NCBI GenBank assembly: GCA_013152275.1
Contig: JAADGS010000014.1
Location: 1 to 38,335 of the forward strand
Reading direction: 5' to 3'
Origin: Actinomycetota bacterium
GTDB taxonomy: Bacteria > Actinomycetota > Acidimicrobiia > Spongiisociales > UBA4744
Length of the DNA stretch: 38,335 bases
The notes beneath the pieces are model-generated. The model was not told the origin of the DNA. It ran no database searches and saw nothing but the letters and a program-made list of their open reading frames with translations. This document shows, one piece after another, positions 26,819 to 36,941 of the stretch. Position 1 is the stretch's first letter, and each line of letters begins with the position of its first letter. The translations under genes and the position numbers were made by a program.

Positions 26819-28003
26819 TCAGGCGATGAGGATCTCGGCGTCGATGCCCATCTTCTCCAGACTGCCGGCGATCTCGCCCTTGTAGATCTCATTGGCGATC
26901 ACGACCACGTCGGGAGGCTGTGCGACCAGAACATCGGGAGAGTGGATCGGCTGGCCCGTTCCCGCCATGTGCCTGCCCCATTTACGCGGGTTGATGTCGA
27001 CGACAAGGGGGATCTCTTCCCCGATCTGCAACACGTTCAAGAATGTGTCCCCTCGTGCACCCGCCCCCCACAACACGGCCCGACGACGCTTCGCCGTGAT
27101 ATCGAGAAGCATCGTGCGCCAGCGATCGATCCTTTCCTCGTAGGCCGTTGCGAACCGGCGAACGTCGGACTCGAGCAGATGGCCGACAGGAGGCCGCTCA
27201 CCCGTGTCTCCGACGGATGGAGAAGCCTCGATGACCAGATACAGGTCCTCGTAGACCGGACGGATGTCGCGCACGGTGAAGCCGGCCGTCCCGAGGAGTC
27301 GCTCCAGGGCCTGGGGCGTGTAGTAGACGGGATGTTCGTAGATGACGTCCCACACGTCGGCGCGCTGCAGCATGTCGAGCGCGTTGGGTACCTCGAACAC
27401 AACGACGGAATCGCTCCGGTCACCGAGAATGTCTCGAATATGAGCCAGAAACGACCGGGGATCGTCCACGTGCTCGAGGAGCTGACGTGCGATCACCAGA
27501 TCGGGACTCACCTGCAGGTCGGCCTCGAGGTAGTAGCCCTTGACGAACGTGAGCCGATCATCGATCGGTCTCGCGGGATCTTCCTCATAGCTCGGATCCA
27601 CACCGATGCCCCGGTTGTTCCCGAGTTCCACCATCATCCGGAGGAAGTCGCCCTTTCCGCAACCGATCTCGAGTATGACCTTGTTGTGAAGGTCGTAACG
27701 CTCGATCAGCTCCGTTCCCAGCTCCCTGGCATAGCTTTGGAACAGGGACGAGAAGTGGAGCGAATTCTCGTAGTTCTCGTCGTAGTCGAGGAGCGACGGA
27801 TCGAACGCAACGTTTACGAGCAGACCGCACGTGCCACACAATGCCAGCGACATCGTCCCCCGTGGGCAGTCGAGCGCCGCGTCGCGCTCTGGCCACAACG
27901 TGCAACTCTGCGTCGGCAGTCTCGTCGGCTCGGTGAACACGTCGAGATCGGGCGAGCCACACGCGGGACACGCCCGGATAACGACCTCTCGGGTCTCACC
28001 CAC
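26819..28003 (-). CDS. SAM-dependent sugar methyltransferase (C-methyltransferase-like), paralog of the convergent gene
   Basis: CPAC..CGTC, EIGCGKGDFL, IYEHPVYY, VDINPRKWG. Confidence 0.85.
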   Translation of the reverse strand: MGETREVVIRACPACGSPDLDVFTEPTRLPTQSCTLWPERDAALDCPRGTMSLALCGTCGLLVNVAFDPSLLDYDENYENSLHFSSLFQSYARELGTELIERYDLHNKVILEIGCGKGDFLRMMVELGNNRGIGVDPSYEEDPARPIDDRLTFVKGYYLEADLQVSPDLVIARQLLEHVDDPRSFLAHIRDILGDRSDSVVVFEVPNALDMLQRADVWDVIYEHPVYYTPQALERLLGTAGFTVRDIRPVYEDLYLVIEASPSVGDTGERPPVGHLLESDVRRFATAYEERIDRWRTMLLDITAKRRRAVLWGAGARGDTFLNVLQIGEEIPLVVDINPRKWGRHMAGTGQPIHSPDVLVAQPPDVVVIANEIYKGEIAGSLEKMGIDAEILIA

Positions 28004-28078
28004 GACACATCCCGCGTGTCGTGTGACACGCCTGGATCAGGATCTCGACGACCATGATCCTCCCTGAACGGATCCCGC

Positions 28079-31000
28079 TCATGGCAACGGAGTCACAGTG
28101 ACGTTTCCGATCGCAACGTCGACATGGTGCACGAGCAGAAGGAATGAACCGGAGACCGGATCACCCGCCTCTCCCTGCTGGTCGGTGAGTTGCCAACTGG
28201 TCGGCTCTGTGGTCCCGTCTTCCCAGATCTTCAGACTGTACAGGGGGCCGTCCACGGTCGTCTCGACACGCATCTTGAACCAGTAGGTCGAGCCGATGTT
28301 GATCGACTGGGCCAGCTCGGAGCGGACGTCCGGATTGAAGCCGACGAGCCGGAGCCCCTCGAACGTGTCCGTCCACCGCAGCTCACCGAGTGATCCGGAA
28401 GGCCACCAGCCCCAGACAGGTTGCGCAGAGGGGTCACAGGCCGGCTCGGTGAACGCCGAACAGTCCTCGTGCCCGTCCCAACCCATCAGGATGCCGAGCG
28501 CCGGGCCGTAGCTGGGAGCGTCGTACCCGTTCACCGTATCGAGGCCCCGAATCTTCATGGGTACCAACACTTCATACTGATCCCATGTGACATCGCCGAT
28601 GTCGATGAGACGGTCGTACCCGACATCCACGGTCAGCAGATTATTGGAGTCGACCTCCCACTGTCCGTCGACCACCTGGGCGACGTCCTGAATGTCGGTG
28701 ACGGTGCTCCAGTCGATCGAGTAGGGCGACGGCCAGACGTTGCCGGTACTCCAGTTGACCGTCACCGTCTTGGTGGTCGGGTTGCCCAGACCGTCGACCG
28801 CGACGATGACGACGGTGTTGGCACCGCTGACGAGATCCGGATCCGCGGTCGATATCTGCACGTCGAAGTCGCCGGGCATGAGCAGACGGCGACTGTCCGG
28901 GCCCATCGAGAGGCTGTGACTCGCTCCACCGTTCAGCGAATAGCTCAGCGATGCGATTCCGTCCGGGTCGTCGACGTTGCCGAGAACATCGATCCATTTC
29001 TGTGCGTTGCCGATGTTTCCGAATTTCTGGACATCGCCGTACCAGATATCGAAGATCGTCCCACCGCCGTCCTCGGGCGTGATCGGCGATGCGCCGTTGA
29101 AGAAGTAGTCCACGATCACCCGAGTGGCAGGCGCGGGACGATCGGTCGGGCTCGGGTTCGCGGCGTACACGCCCACTTGGGTCACCGTCATCAACTGATC
29201 GAAGGTCAACTGCTCCGTCCATGTGGAGCCGTCGCTCGATGTCGAGTACGTCCACGTGTTGCCCGACCGCGTGACTTTCAACCAGATCGGCTGGTGTCCG
29301 AGCGGGGCCACACTGCTGTACGGGAAGTTGTCGGGTCCACCGTCGATGAAGGCCGCGAAGGCGGTCGCATCTCTGCCGTAGGCGAAAACGTCGAACCGCA
29401 GGAACGTGTCCGCATCCTGCTGGACGATGATCCCTTGATCTTGCTCGGGTTCGGTCATCTGCGACTGGAATTTCGCGATGATCTCGAAATTCGTGTCGGC
29501 GGCAGGTTGCATGAGTCTCGGTGCGTTGAACGTGATGGGCGGCACGGCGGTCGAATCGATCCATGCGTCGTGCGCAGCGGCCGCGGGAACCTCGATCACG
29601 AGCTGGTTCCCCGATCGGGAGATACCGAACGTCGAGTCTGCATCCGGGTCGACCTGCGTCCACACCGTGCCGTTGATCGACGCCCCGAAGAAGTCGTCCG
29701 ACACGAACGCGGAGGGTGACAGCATCCCGATCGTCACGGTCGCCGTGTCACACGCCGCCTCGGTGTCACACACCTGATAGGTGAACGAGTCCTCACCGAC
29801 GTATCCGGCGTCGGGCGTGTAATCGAAGGTCCCGTCAACGTTGTTCACCAACGCTCCGTACACCGGTGCCGTCTGCGCGGTCGTCGATGTCGGATCCAGA
29901 TTCCCATCGATGTCGTTGGCAACCACGTCGATCGTGACCAACGTCCCCTCGGGCGTCGTCACCGAATCATCCACCGCCACCGGCGCCACGTTCGTGACCG
30001 TCACGGTCACCGTCGCCGTATCGCACATGGCGGTGGCGTCACACACCTGATAGGTAAAGGAGTCCCCACCTACGTACCCTGCATCGGGCGTGTAATCGAA
30101 GGTCCCATCAACGTTGTTCACCAACACACCGTGCAGCGGTGCCGTCTGCACGGTCGTCGATGTCGGATCCAGATTCCCATCGATGTCGTTGGCAACCAAA
30201 CGTCCCCTCGGACGTCGTCGCCGCATCATCCACCGCCACCGGCGCCAGATACGTTGCGAGTTCGATCCGGACGGCGTCGGAGACCGCACCGGTGCCGCCG
30301 AGGACAACGATTCTGCTGGTCGCGAGTCGGAGAAGTTCTTGGCCGGTCGCGTACGGGACAGCGTCTTGTTCGACCAGGAGCACAGGTCCGCCTTGCCGGG
30401 CGGCCGCAGGCCCTCCTGCGATGGCATCCGGGTAGTTCAGCCCGGTGGCGACATAGACCACGGGGACTCCCGGCGCGAAATAGTCCGAGGAGATCGCTGC
30501 GGCGGTCGCATACCGATTCGAGCCGGAAAGTCGTCTGACCGACCCGCTGGTATATGCGTTGAGGGCCGTTTCGATGTCTTGGGAGACCGCGAGGGTCCCA
30601 CCGAGCACCACGATCTCACCGGGTGCGAGCCGTACGAGCTCGTTGGCCGTGGCGGCAGGGATCGAGCTGCCCACCAGAAGAATCGGCCCACCTCTGAGTG
30701 CTCCCACGGGACCACCGGCGAGCGCATCGGGAAAGTTCACACCGGTGGCGATGTAGGCCACGGGGACTCCGGGAGCGAACGTCGCCGCAGACACGGCTGC
30801 AGCGGATGCGTACCGGTCCGCGCCCGACAGGCGTGTCACCGTGCCGGTGGTGTACGCGGCAAGGGCCGCTTCGACAGATGGCGAGATCACCGCCGTCCCA
30901 CCGAGTACGACGATCCGACCGGGCTGCAATCGCACGAGCTCATCCGCGGTCGATTGTGGAATGGTGTCGGTGCTCACAAGCAGGATCGGACTCTGGCCGC

Positions 31001-31295
31001 CCGTCGCAGCGGCTCCGGCAATGGCGTCCGGGAAGTTGAGCCCGGTGGCCACATAGGCGACCGGAACGCCCGGATCGAACACGGCTGCAGATATCGCCGC
31101 CGCGGTGTCGAATCGGCTCGTGCCCCATATTCGCTCAACCACCCCAAGGGACTGTGGTGTCGCGTTCTCGGCGGCAGCGGCCTGTGGCAGTGGAACGACG
31201 GCCGCTCCGACGGTGATCCACAATGTCACTGCAATGATCATCGACCTTGCCTGTAGCAAGCGCCGAAGAACACCGATCCGACTCCTGGACGTCAT
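28079..31295 (-). pseudogene. Frameshifted cell-wall-binding (3x CWB2) surface protein with 2 Ig/cadherin-like repeats and ConA-like beta-sandwich domains
   Basis: Signal peptide plus three R.SG.DRY.TA / ATG.NFPDA / PILL CWB2 repeats (31295 to ~30250). APVAVDD..GTFDYTP..DSFTYQV repeats continue in another frame. A 14-nt deletion at ~30198 relative to the second repeat explains the shift. Confidence 0.85.
29731..30248. repeat. Intragenic direct repeat (2 x ~273 bp) encoding Ig-like domains
   Basis: For example TCACACACCTGATAGGT at 29766 and 30039; both copies translate to VANDIDGNLDPTSTT..LVNNVDGTFDYTPDAGYVG. Confidence 0.9.
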
Positions 31296-31937
31296 GGCAT
31301 GCCTCCCCTTGTGCACCGTCTGTTGGTCCGGCGACCACTGTACGTGGTCATGCCGCCAATATCAAGAAGCCACGGCCACGAGATTCGGTGCTCCGCCACC
31401 CGGTTGCCGCTCTCGACACCCGCGTACTCCTCGATCGCGTGCGCCGGGACATCAGCCACCTTAACCGTGTGTTGGGCGTGGCGGGGCAAGAATCGTCGAC
31501 GGACAGGGCAAGGCCGTATGCGCCGACGTCGCTCTGAGAGAGGCTCCTCGTGAGCACACCAACCGCCGGCACCATCGACGCCTGCGTGAACGAGACCCAT
31601 GTCGTCCATGTGCCGGCATCCTTTGACGTCCGATGCACTCACGCGTCCCCGCTGCGAGCCTCCCGCAACGAGGCCGGCGCCGTCAACGAGACCTTCCCGT
31701 TCACCTGCGCCACCACAAACCCCTCGTCGACGAGGCCGGGCACGCGTGCACCGACTACCCGACGGCCGGCACCACGGACGATGCGATCGCCGGGACGTAG
31801 GTGCATCCCGCGGGACCAACGTGTGCACGGGGAAACACGTTCTTTTCCAGTCGGACGAACTCCGCCTCCGCATGCCGCCCGGGATTCACGCCGGTTCGAC
31901 CCCGACGTCGGTACATCGAGATCGACGAGGCTCCTCC

Positions 31938-33458
31938 TCAGCGCTTCAACACGCGCTTGGCGAGCCTTCGGGCACTTCGGTACCAACCGTACAGACCCGA
32001 CGTCGCATCGTTGAAGGGAATCGCGAGCAGCTCGGGCCATTGGGACGTGATGACATCGTTGATGACTCCATAGTCACGGCGGTAGGAGACAGGAAGGCTC
32101 ATCAGTGCTTCGATGAGTCGCCGATCGGCGAACGGGTAGAAGAAGAACTTCGCCGCATCGGGGTACCCGTACGTGAGAAAACCGCCCCAACCTCCCGCGC
32201 GCAGCTCGAGAGCACGGACATCGAAGGTGGTGTACGGATTCTCGACCGGGAGGTCGTCGAACCACCGTTCGCCACGCTCGACAGTCTCGGGCCACGCCGG
32301 GTAATCACGCATCTCGAGCACCTTCGAGAGGGTGAGAGGCTCAGATTCGTCATCGAGATCCAAGAACACCGGCATGCGCGTGATCTCTGCTCCGGTCCCC
32401 GCGATGTACGGCGCGGTCGCGTCCATCTCGGACATCGTGTTCACGGCCGGTTGACAACGCGAATCGGCGGCGGCCATACCTCCGGTACGATAGAGAAGCC
32501 TTTCCACATCCCGGTCGGTGGCCGGCCGCCTGTGAATCACCCGATGACGAAGTTTCATCGTCCTGGCGAGGTGGCGGGCAACGGCCACATCGATACGCCC
32601 GTCGTGATCGGCAATCTCATGGGTCACGAATTCGATCTCGGATATGAGTCCGCGGGCACAGGCGAGCATGAGGCGCGTGTCCATCCCCGCGGTGAGCGAC
32701 ATGTGAGTTCGTCCGGTCTCCACAACGGCTCTGATGTTTCGATGAATCCTGTCGACGACGAACTCGATGACTCCTCCGACGTCGCTCGTGAACGTGATCG
32801 GTCCCCGTGGCCAGTGGCGAACCGCGTGCCAGGTCGAGAGGTCCAGGAAGTGATTGGGCAGCAGCCAGTCCACGTCGGTGCGTACCGTCAGACCGAAGTG
32901 GAGATGTGGATCGTAGGCGAACTTGCCCCTGCCCCTCACGAACGCGAGCCGGTCGTCGCCGGCTTCGGTCTGAGGAATCAGGAACACCGACGATGCCGCA
33001 ATACCCTGATCTGCGCTGAACACGACACCCATGGAGCCGGCGCCGTCGAGATACAGTCGAGGCGCATCGAGTCCAACGACGATTGCCACGAACCGACCCG
33101 CAAACTCGTCCAGCAGGCCCTCGACCAGATCCGAACCGACCGTCCGAGACCGTGAGCCCACGTCGAGATCGGCGGTGAGGAACGTGCCCGTTTCCGCGAT
33201 CGGCTGACCGAGGATCCATCCGACGGGCTCCCCGCCGTTGGTGATGTGCAGCGCGGGCAACGCGCGATCGTGGACCAGATGCCATGCTCCGATCGTTTCG
33301 TGGCGCCATCCGGCGGGCGTGTCGCCGACCACTTTCGAGAGGCGAAACTGACCGACGAGCTCGGATTCATCGAATCGTTCGATGAGTTCGTGGGGCCACA
33401 TCGCCTCGCCATCGGCGATGTCCGGTCGCCGTCGAAAAGACCAGATATGCTCTGCCAT
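31938..33458 (-). CDS. Asparagine-synthase-like ATP pyrophosphatase family protein, paralog C
   Basis: AGRFV, LYLDGAGS, LLPNHFLDL..RHWP, SLTAGMDTR (PP-loop-like), YPFADRRL. Confidence 0.7.
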   Translation of the reverse strand: MAEHIWSFRRRPDIADGEAMWPHELIERFDESELVGQFRLSKVVGDTPAGWRHETIGAWHLVHDRALPALHITNGGEPVGWILGQPIAETGTFLTADLDVGSRSRTVGSDLVEGLLDEFAGRFVAIVVGLDAPRLYLDGAGSMGVVFSADQGIAASSVFLIPQTEAGDDRLAFVRGRGKFAYDPHLHFGLTVRTDVDWLLPNHFLDLSTWHAVRHWPRGPITFTSDVGGVIEFVVDRIHRNIRAVVETGRTHMSLTAGMDTRLMLACARGLISEIEFVTHEIADHDGRIDVAVARHLARTMKLRHRVIHRRPATDRDVERLLYRTGGMAAADSRCQPAVNTMSEMDATAPYIAGTGAEITRMPVFLDLDDESEPLTLSKVLEMRDYPAWPETVERGERWFDDLPVENPYTTFDVRALELRAGGWGGFLTYGYPDAAKFFFYPFADRRLIEALMSLPVSYRRDYGVINDVITSQWPELLAIPFNDATSGLYGWYRSARRLAKRVLKR

Positions 33459-33537
33459 GCTCCCGACCCATCCGACTTCGGCGCAAGCTTACACCGGCAA
33501 CCTCTACGTGTGGCCATGGTGCCTCTCTCGGCGGTGT

Positions 33538-35070
33538 CTATTCTTGGGAAGGAGCCCCCGATGACCCTCTCAATGCAGTAACGAGATCCTTGGCGCGGCG
33601 TCGGAGGCGCCGGTACATACCATGCACTCCATAGATCGCCTGGTTGTACGGGAATTCGGCAAGTTCCGGCCATGCACCGGCAACGACATCGTCGGTGAGC
33701 CTCTGCTCACGCTTGTACTCGCCCGGCAGGCGTAGAAACGCGTCGATGATCCGGCGATCGTTGAACGGATGGAAGTGAAAGAGCCCGGCATCGGGAAAGC
33801 CGAAGGCAAACCACGAGTCGTACCCGCCGGTCTCTTGTTCGACCTGCAGGAGATCCAGGATGGTGAGCGTATTCTCGACGGGAAGCCGATCGAACCATTG
33901 CCGCCCCTTGTCCACGATCTCCGGAAGCGAAGGTATCCCACGACGAACGAGGTATTCCTCGAGGCCGAAGGCGGTGGTCTCCCGATCGTCGGCCTGCCAG
34001 CGGTATGCCCTGCCGACCTCGCCGCAAAGTCCCATGACATAGGGACGCCCGGGATCCAACTGCGACATGGTGCGTACGGCGCGTTGCGCCCTGGGATCCC
34101 AAACCATGCACCCCGTTCGATACGCGTATCGCTTCATGGCATGCGCGGAAGCCTTGCGTGCCGGGATGATGCGATGGTCGAGTTTCAGCTTGCGCGCCAT
34201 ACGCGGTGCCACGTTGCGATCGATCTTGCCGACCCCATCGGGGAGATCCAACGTCACGAAGGAGATGTCCGACACGTACCGTCGGGCACACGCGAGCAGC
34301 ATTCGAGAGTCCCGGCCGGCGGTCAGTGACATCTGAATCGCACCGTTGTCGACAACCGCACCGATGTTCTTCTCCAGCGCACGAATGATCTCTGCGACCA
34401 GTGGCCCCGGATCGTGCGAAGGCTCGAACTCGCCTCTTGGCCAGTGCCGCTCCGTGTGCCACTCGGAGAGATCGAGGTGGTGATTCGGCATCAGCCAGTC
34501 GATGCCGTGACGGGGCGTCAAACCGAATGGCAGGCTCAGGTGGCTTCCTGGGAAGGACAGCGCCTCGATCAGACCAAACCGGTCGCCGGTCTCAGAAGTG
34601 TAAGGAATGAGGAATGGCGAAGAGGCCGCTATCCCTTGCGAAGGACAGAACAGGATTCCCAGTGACCCCATCGGATCCAGATACGCTCGCGGTGCCGCCG
34701 AACCCAGGAAGAACGCAACGTAGCGGCCAGCGAAGGAGTAGAGGATGTCCTCGAGTACGTCATAGCCGTCCGAGATCCCGTGTGCCGGAAGTTGGATGTC
34801 CCGTCGAACGAGCGTGCCTTCGGAGTCCACGGGGTAACCCAACAGCCATCCGATCGGCCTGTCCCCCACGGTGATCCGCAGCGACGGAAGTGTCTGCTCG
34901 TGGACGAGCTGCCATTCTCCGATTCGGTGGTCGAGCCAACCCCGAGGAACCGCCATCCGTGAACCGGAGAGGCGGTAATGGCCGATCAGGTCCGTCGCCT
35001 CGAACTGTTCGACCAGTTCGGACGGCAGCGTACCGATGACACTGTTGGCTCGTCTCGCCGATTTACGCAT
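33538..35070 (-). CDS. Asparagine-synthase-like ATP pyrophosphatase family protein, paralog B
   Basis: AGRYV, YLDPMGSL, LMPNHHLDL..RHWP, SLTAGRDSR, GLCGEVGR, HPFNDRRI. Confidence 0.72.
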   Translation of the reverse strand: MRKSARRANSVIGTLPSELVEQFEATDLIGHYRLSGSRMAVPRGWLDHRIGEWQLVHEQTLPSLRITVGDRPIGWLLGYPVDSEGTLVRRDIQLPAHGISDGYDVLEDILYSFAGRYVAFFLGSAAPRAYLDPMGSLGILFCPSQGIAASSPFLIPYTSETGDRFGLIEALSFPGSHLSLPFGLTPRHGIDWLMPNHHLDLSEWHTERHWPRGEFEPSHDPGPLVAEIIRALEKNIGAVVDNGAIQMSLTAGRDSRMLLACARRYVSDISFVTLDLPDGVGKIDRNVAPRMARKLKLDHRIIPARKASAHAMKRYAYRTGCMVWDPRAQRAVRTMSQLDPGRPYVMGLCGEVGRAYRWQADDRETTAFGLEEYLVRRGIPSLPEIVDKGRQWFDRLPVENTLTILDLLQVEQETGGYDSWFAFGFPDAGLFHFHPFNDRRIIDAFLRLPGEYKREQRLTDDVVAGAWPELAEFPYNQAIYGVHGMYRRLRRRAKDLVTALRGSSGAPSQE

Positions 35071-35193
35071 CGCCTCTTCCCTGGCGGTGATTTGCTCGGG
35101 CCCGACTCGTCATAGACATCTCGTGTCGAGACAGAGCTGGTGTCACGACACCGAAACCGGCCGCAGACCGAGTTGTCCGCAGGTGAGGACAAT

Positions 35194-36702
35194 CTAGCCG
35201 TTCTGGCGTTTTAGTGTCCGTCGTGCGGCCCGGCGCAGACCCCGATACGCACCGTACAAGCCGAACGTGGCCTCGTTGTAGGGAAACCGTGCAAGCTCCG
35301 GCCATGTCGAGGCGATGACGTCATTGGCGAGGCGTCGCTCGCGACGATACTCCGGTGGCAGCCGCAACATCGCTTCGAAGATCCGCCGATCGCTATAAGG
35401 AAAGAAGTGATACTTGGCCGAGTCGGGGAACCCGTACATCAAGAAGCCGTTCCACCCGCCCATGCCTCGCTCGATCTGGAAGAGATCCAGCTTCGCCAGT
35501 GTGCTACTCACCGGAACGGTCTTCATCCACCGGCGGGCACGATCCAAGATCTCGGGACATCGCGGCGTGTTCTTTCGACGAAGAAGATCCTCGGCACCAA
35601 GTGGAGTCGCCTCGTCGTCGCCCGGCAGCCAGTACGTCCCACGTCCCAGCTCGCCGCCGGTGCCCAGGACGTATGGGAGATCCGGATCGAGCTGGGCCAT
35701 CGCCCGAATCAGCCTCTGCCCCCTGGGCTCATCGACGATGCAACCCGTCCGATACACCCATCTCGTCAGATCGGGCTCCGACGGCCTGCTGCCCCGAATG
35801 AGACGGTGCTGCAAGCCCAGTTTGCGGGCGATCCGAGGAGCCACGTTCCGATCGGGCCTGCCGGCATCGTCGTTGATGGTGAACGTCACCAGCGTGATGG
35901 CGTCGACGAAGTCTCGTGAGCAGGCCAGTATCATTCGTGAATCCCTGCCGGCAGTGAGTGACATCTGCACCGCACCGTCTCGTACCAGCGCACCCACGTT
36001 CTTTCGGAGCGCGGCGGCGATCACCTGCACCATCTCCGCCGGGTCCTTCGCATAGGTGATGTCCTCGGTCGGCCAGTGCCGAACGACCTGCCACCGCTCC
36101 AGGTCGAGGTAGTGATTGGGCATCACGTAGTCGACGGACTCACGCGGGGTCAGCCCGAACGGGTACACCCTCTGAGAACCGGGAATCCCGAGCGCCTCGA
36201 CGAGTCCGACCCGGTCCCCGCACCCCGGGATGGAGGGAATCAGGAATGGTGACGAGGCGACGATGCGATGGGCCGCACAGAACAGCGATCCCAGCGATCC
36301 CATCGCATCTGGATACAGTCGCGCATCCCCCTGGAAGAGGAACATCGCCAGGTACCTGCCGCTATACGCACACAGGAGCTGCTCGATCTCGCCATAGTCG
36401 ACCGGGTCGGTCTTCACCGTCCACTCGACATCTGTCTGCACCAGCTCGCCCTCGGGCGAGACCGCATACCCCACGAGCCATCCGGCCTCTGCCCCCCGAC
36501 ACCTGATGGACACCACCGGCAGCTCAGGATCATGGACCAGATGCCATCCGCCGGAAGAACGTTCAGACCACCCGTCTGGGGTGTCGAGCCGGGATGCGGA
36601 CAGCCGGAACTGCCCCGCCAGATCCGATTCGTCGAAGAGGCCTTCGTATCGTGATGGCAGGTACGCCGACTCTTTGGTTGGAAGAACGTCGCTGCGGTCC
36701 AC
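35194..36702 (-). CDS. Asparagine-synthase-like ATP pyrophosphatase family protein, paralog A
   Basis: SGRYL, YPDAMGSL, VMPNHYLDL..RHWP, SLTAGRDSR, GTGGELGR, FPYSDRRI. Confidence 0.72.
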   Translation of the reverse strand: MDRSDVLPTKESAYLPSRYEGLFDESDLAGQFRLSASRLDTPDGWSERSSGGWHLVHDPELPVVSIRCRGAEAGWLVGYAVSPEGELVQTDVEWTVKTDPVDYGEIEQLLCAYSGRYLAMFLFQGDARLYPDAMGSLGSLFCAAHRIVASSPFLIPSIPGCGDRVGLVEALGIPGSQRVYPFGLTPRESVDYVMPNHYLDLERWQVVRHWPTEDITYAKDPAEMVQVIAAALRKNVGALVRDGAVQMSLTAGRDSRMILACSRDFVDAITLVTFTINDDAGRPDRNVAPRIARKLGLQHRLIRGSRPSEPDLTRWVYRTGCIVDEPRGQRLIRAMAQLDPDLPYVLGTGGELGRGTYWLPGDDEATPLGAEDLLRRKNTPRCPEILDRARRWMKTVPVSSTLAKLDLFQIERGMGGWNGFLMYGFPDSAKYHFFPYSDRRIFEAMLRLPPEYRRERRLANDVIASTWPELARFPYNEATFGLYGAYRGLRRAARRTLKRQNG

Positions 36703-36941
36703 ACGGGAACGCTAGCGCGCCGTCGGCGCGCGCCTGTCATTCCAGCGGTCCGGGGAAGTGTCTCTGTGCCACACACAGGAGTCGGGCCGACCGTCCCGAA
36801 CACGAGCCGGTGTGTGACGACTCGCTATGATTCCCACGCAGAGTGGGTGAGTGGGTGACTTGCTTCTCGATCATGTTCTGCACCCACCCGATGACCGGTC
36901 TGCCAACCCGACGAGGTAACCATGCCTGATCGATACCACCG

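Noticed and set aside
30108..30427. Two separate overlapping genes (30108-31316 and 28079-30427)
   Set aside because: Better explained as one gene with a 14-nt deletion, as shown by the intact sister repeat.
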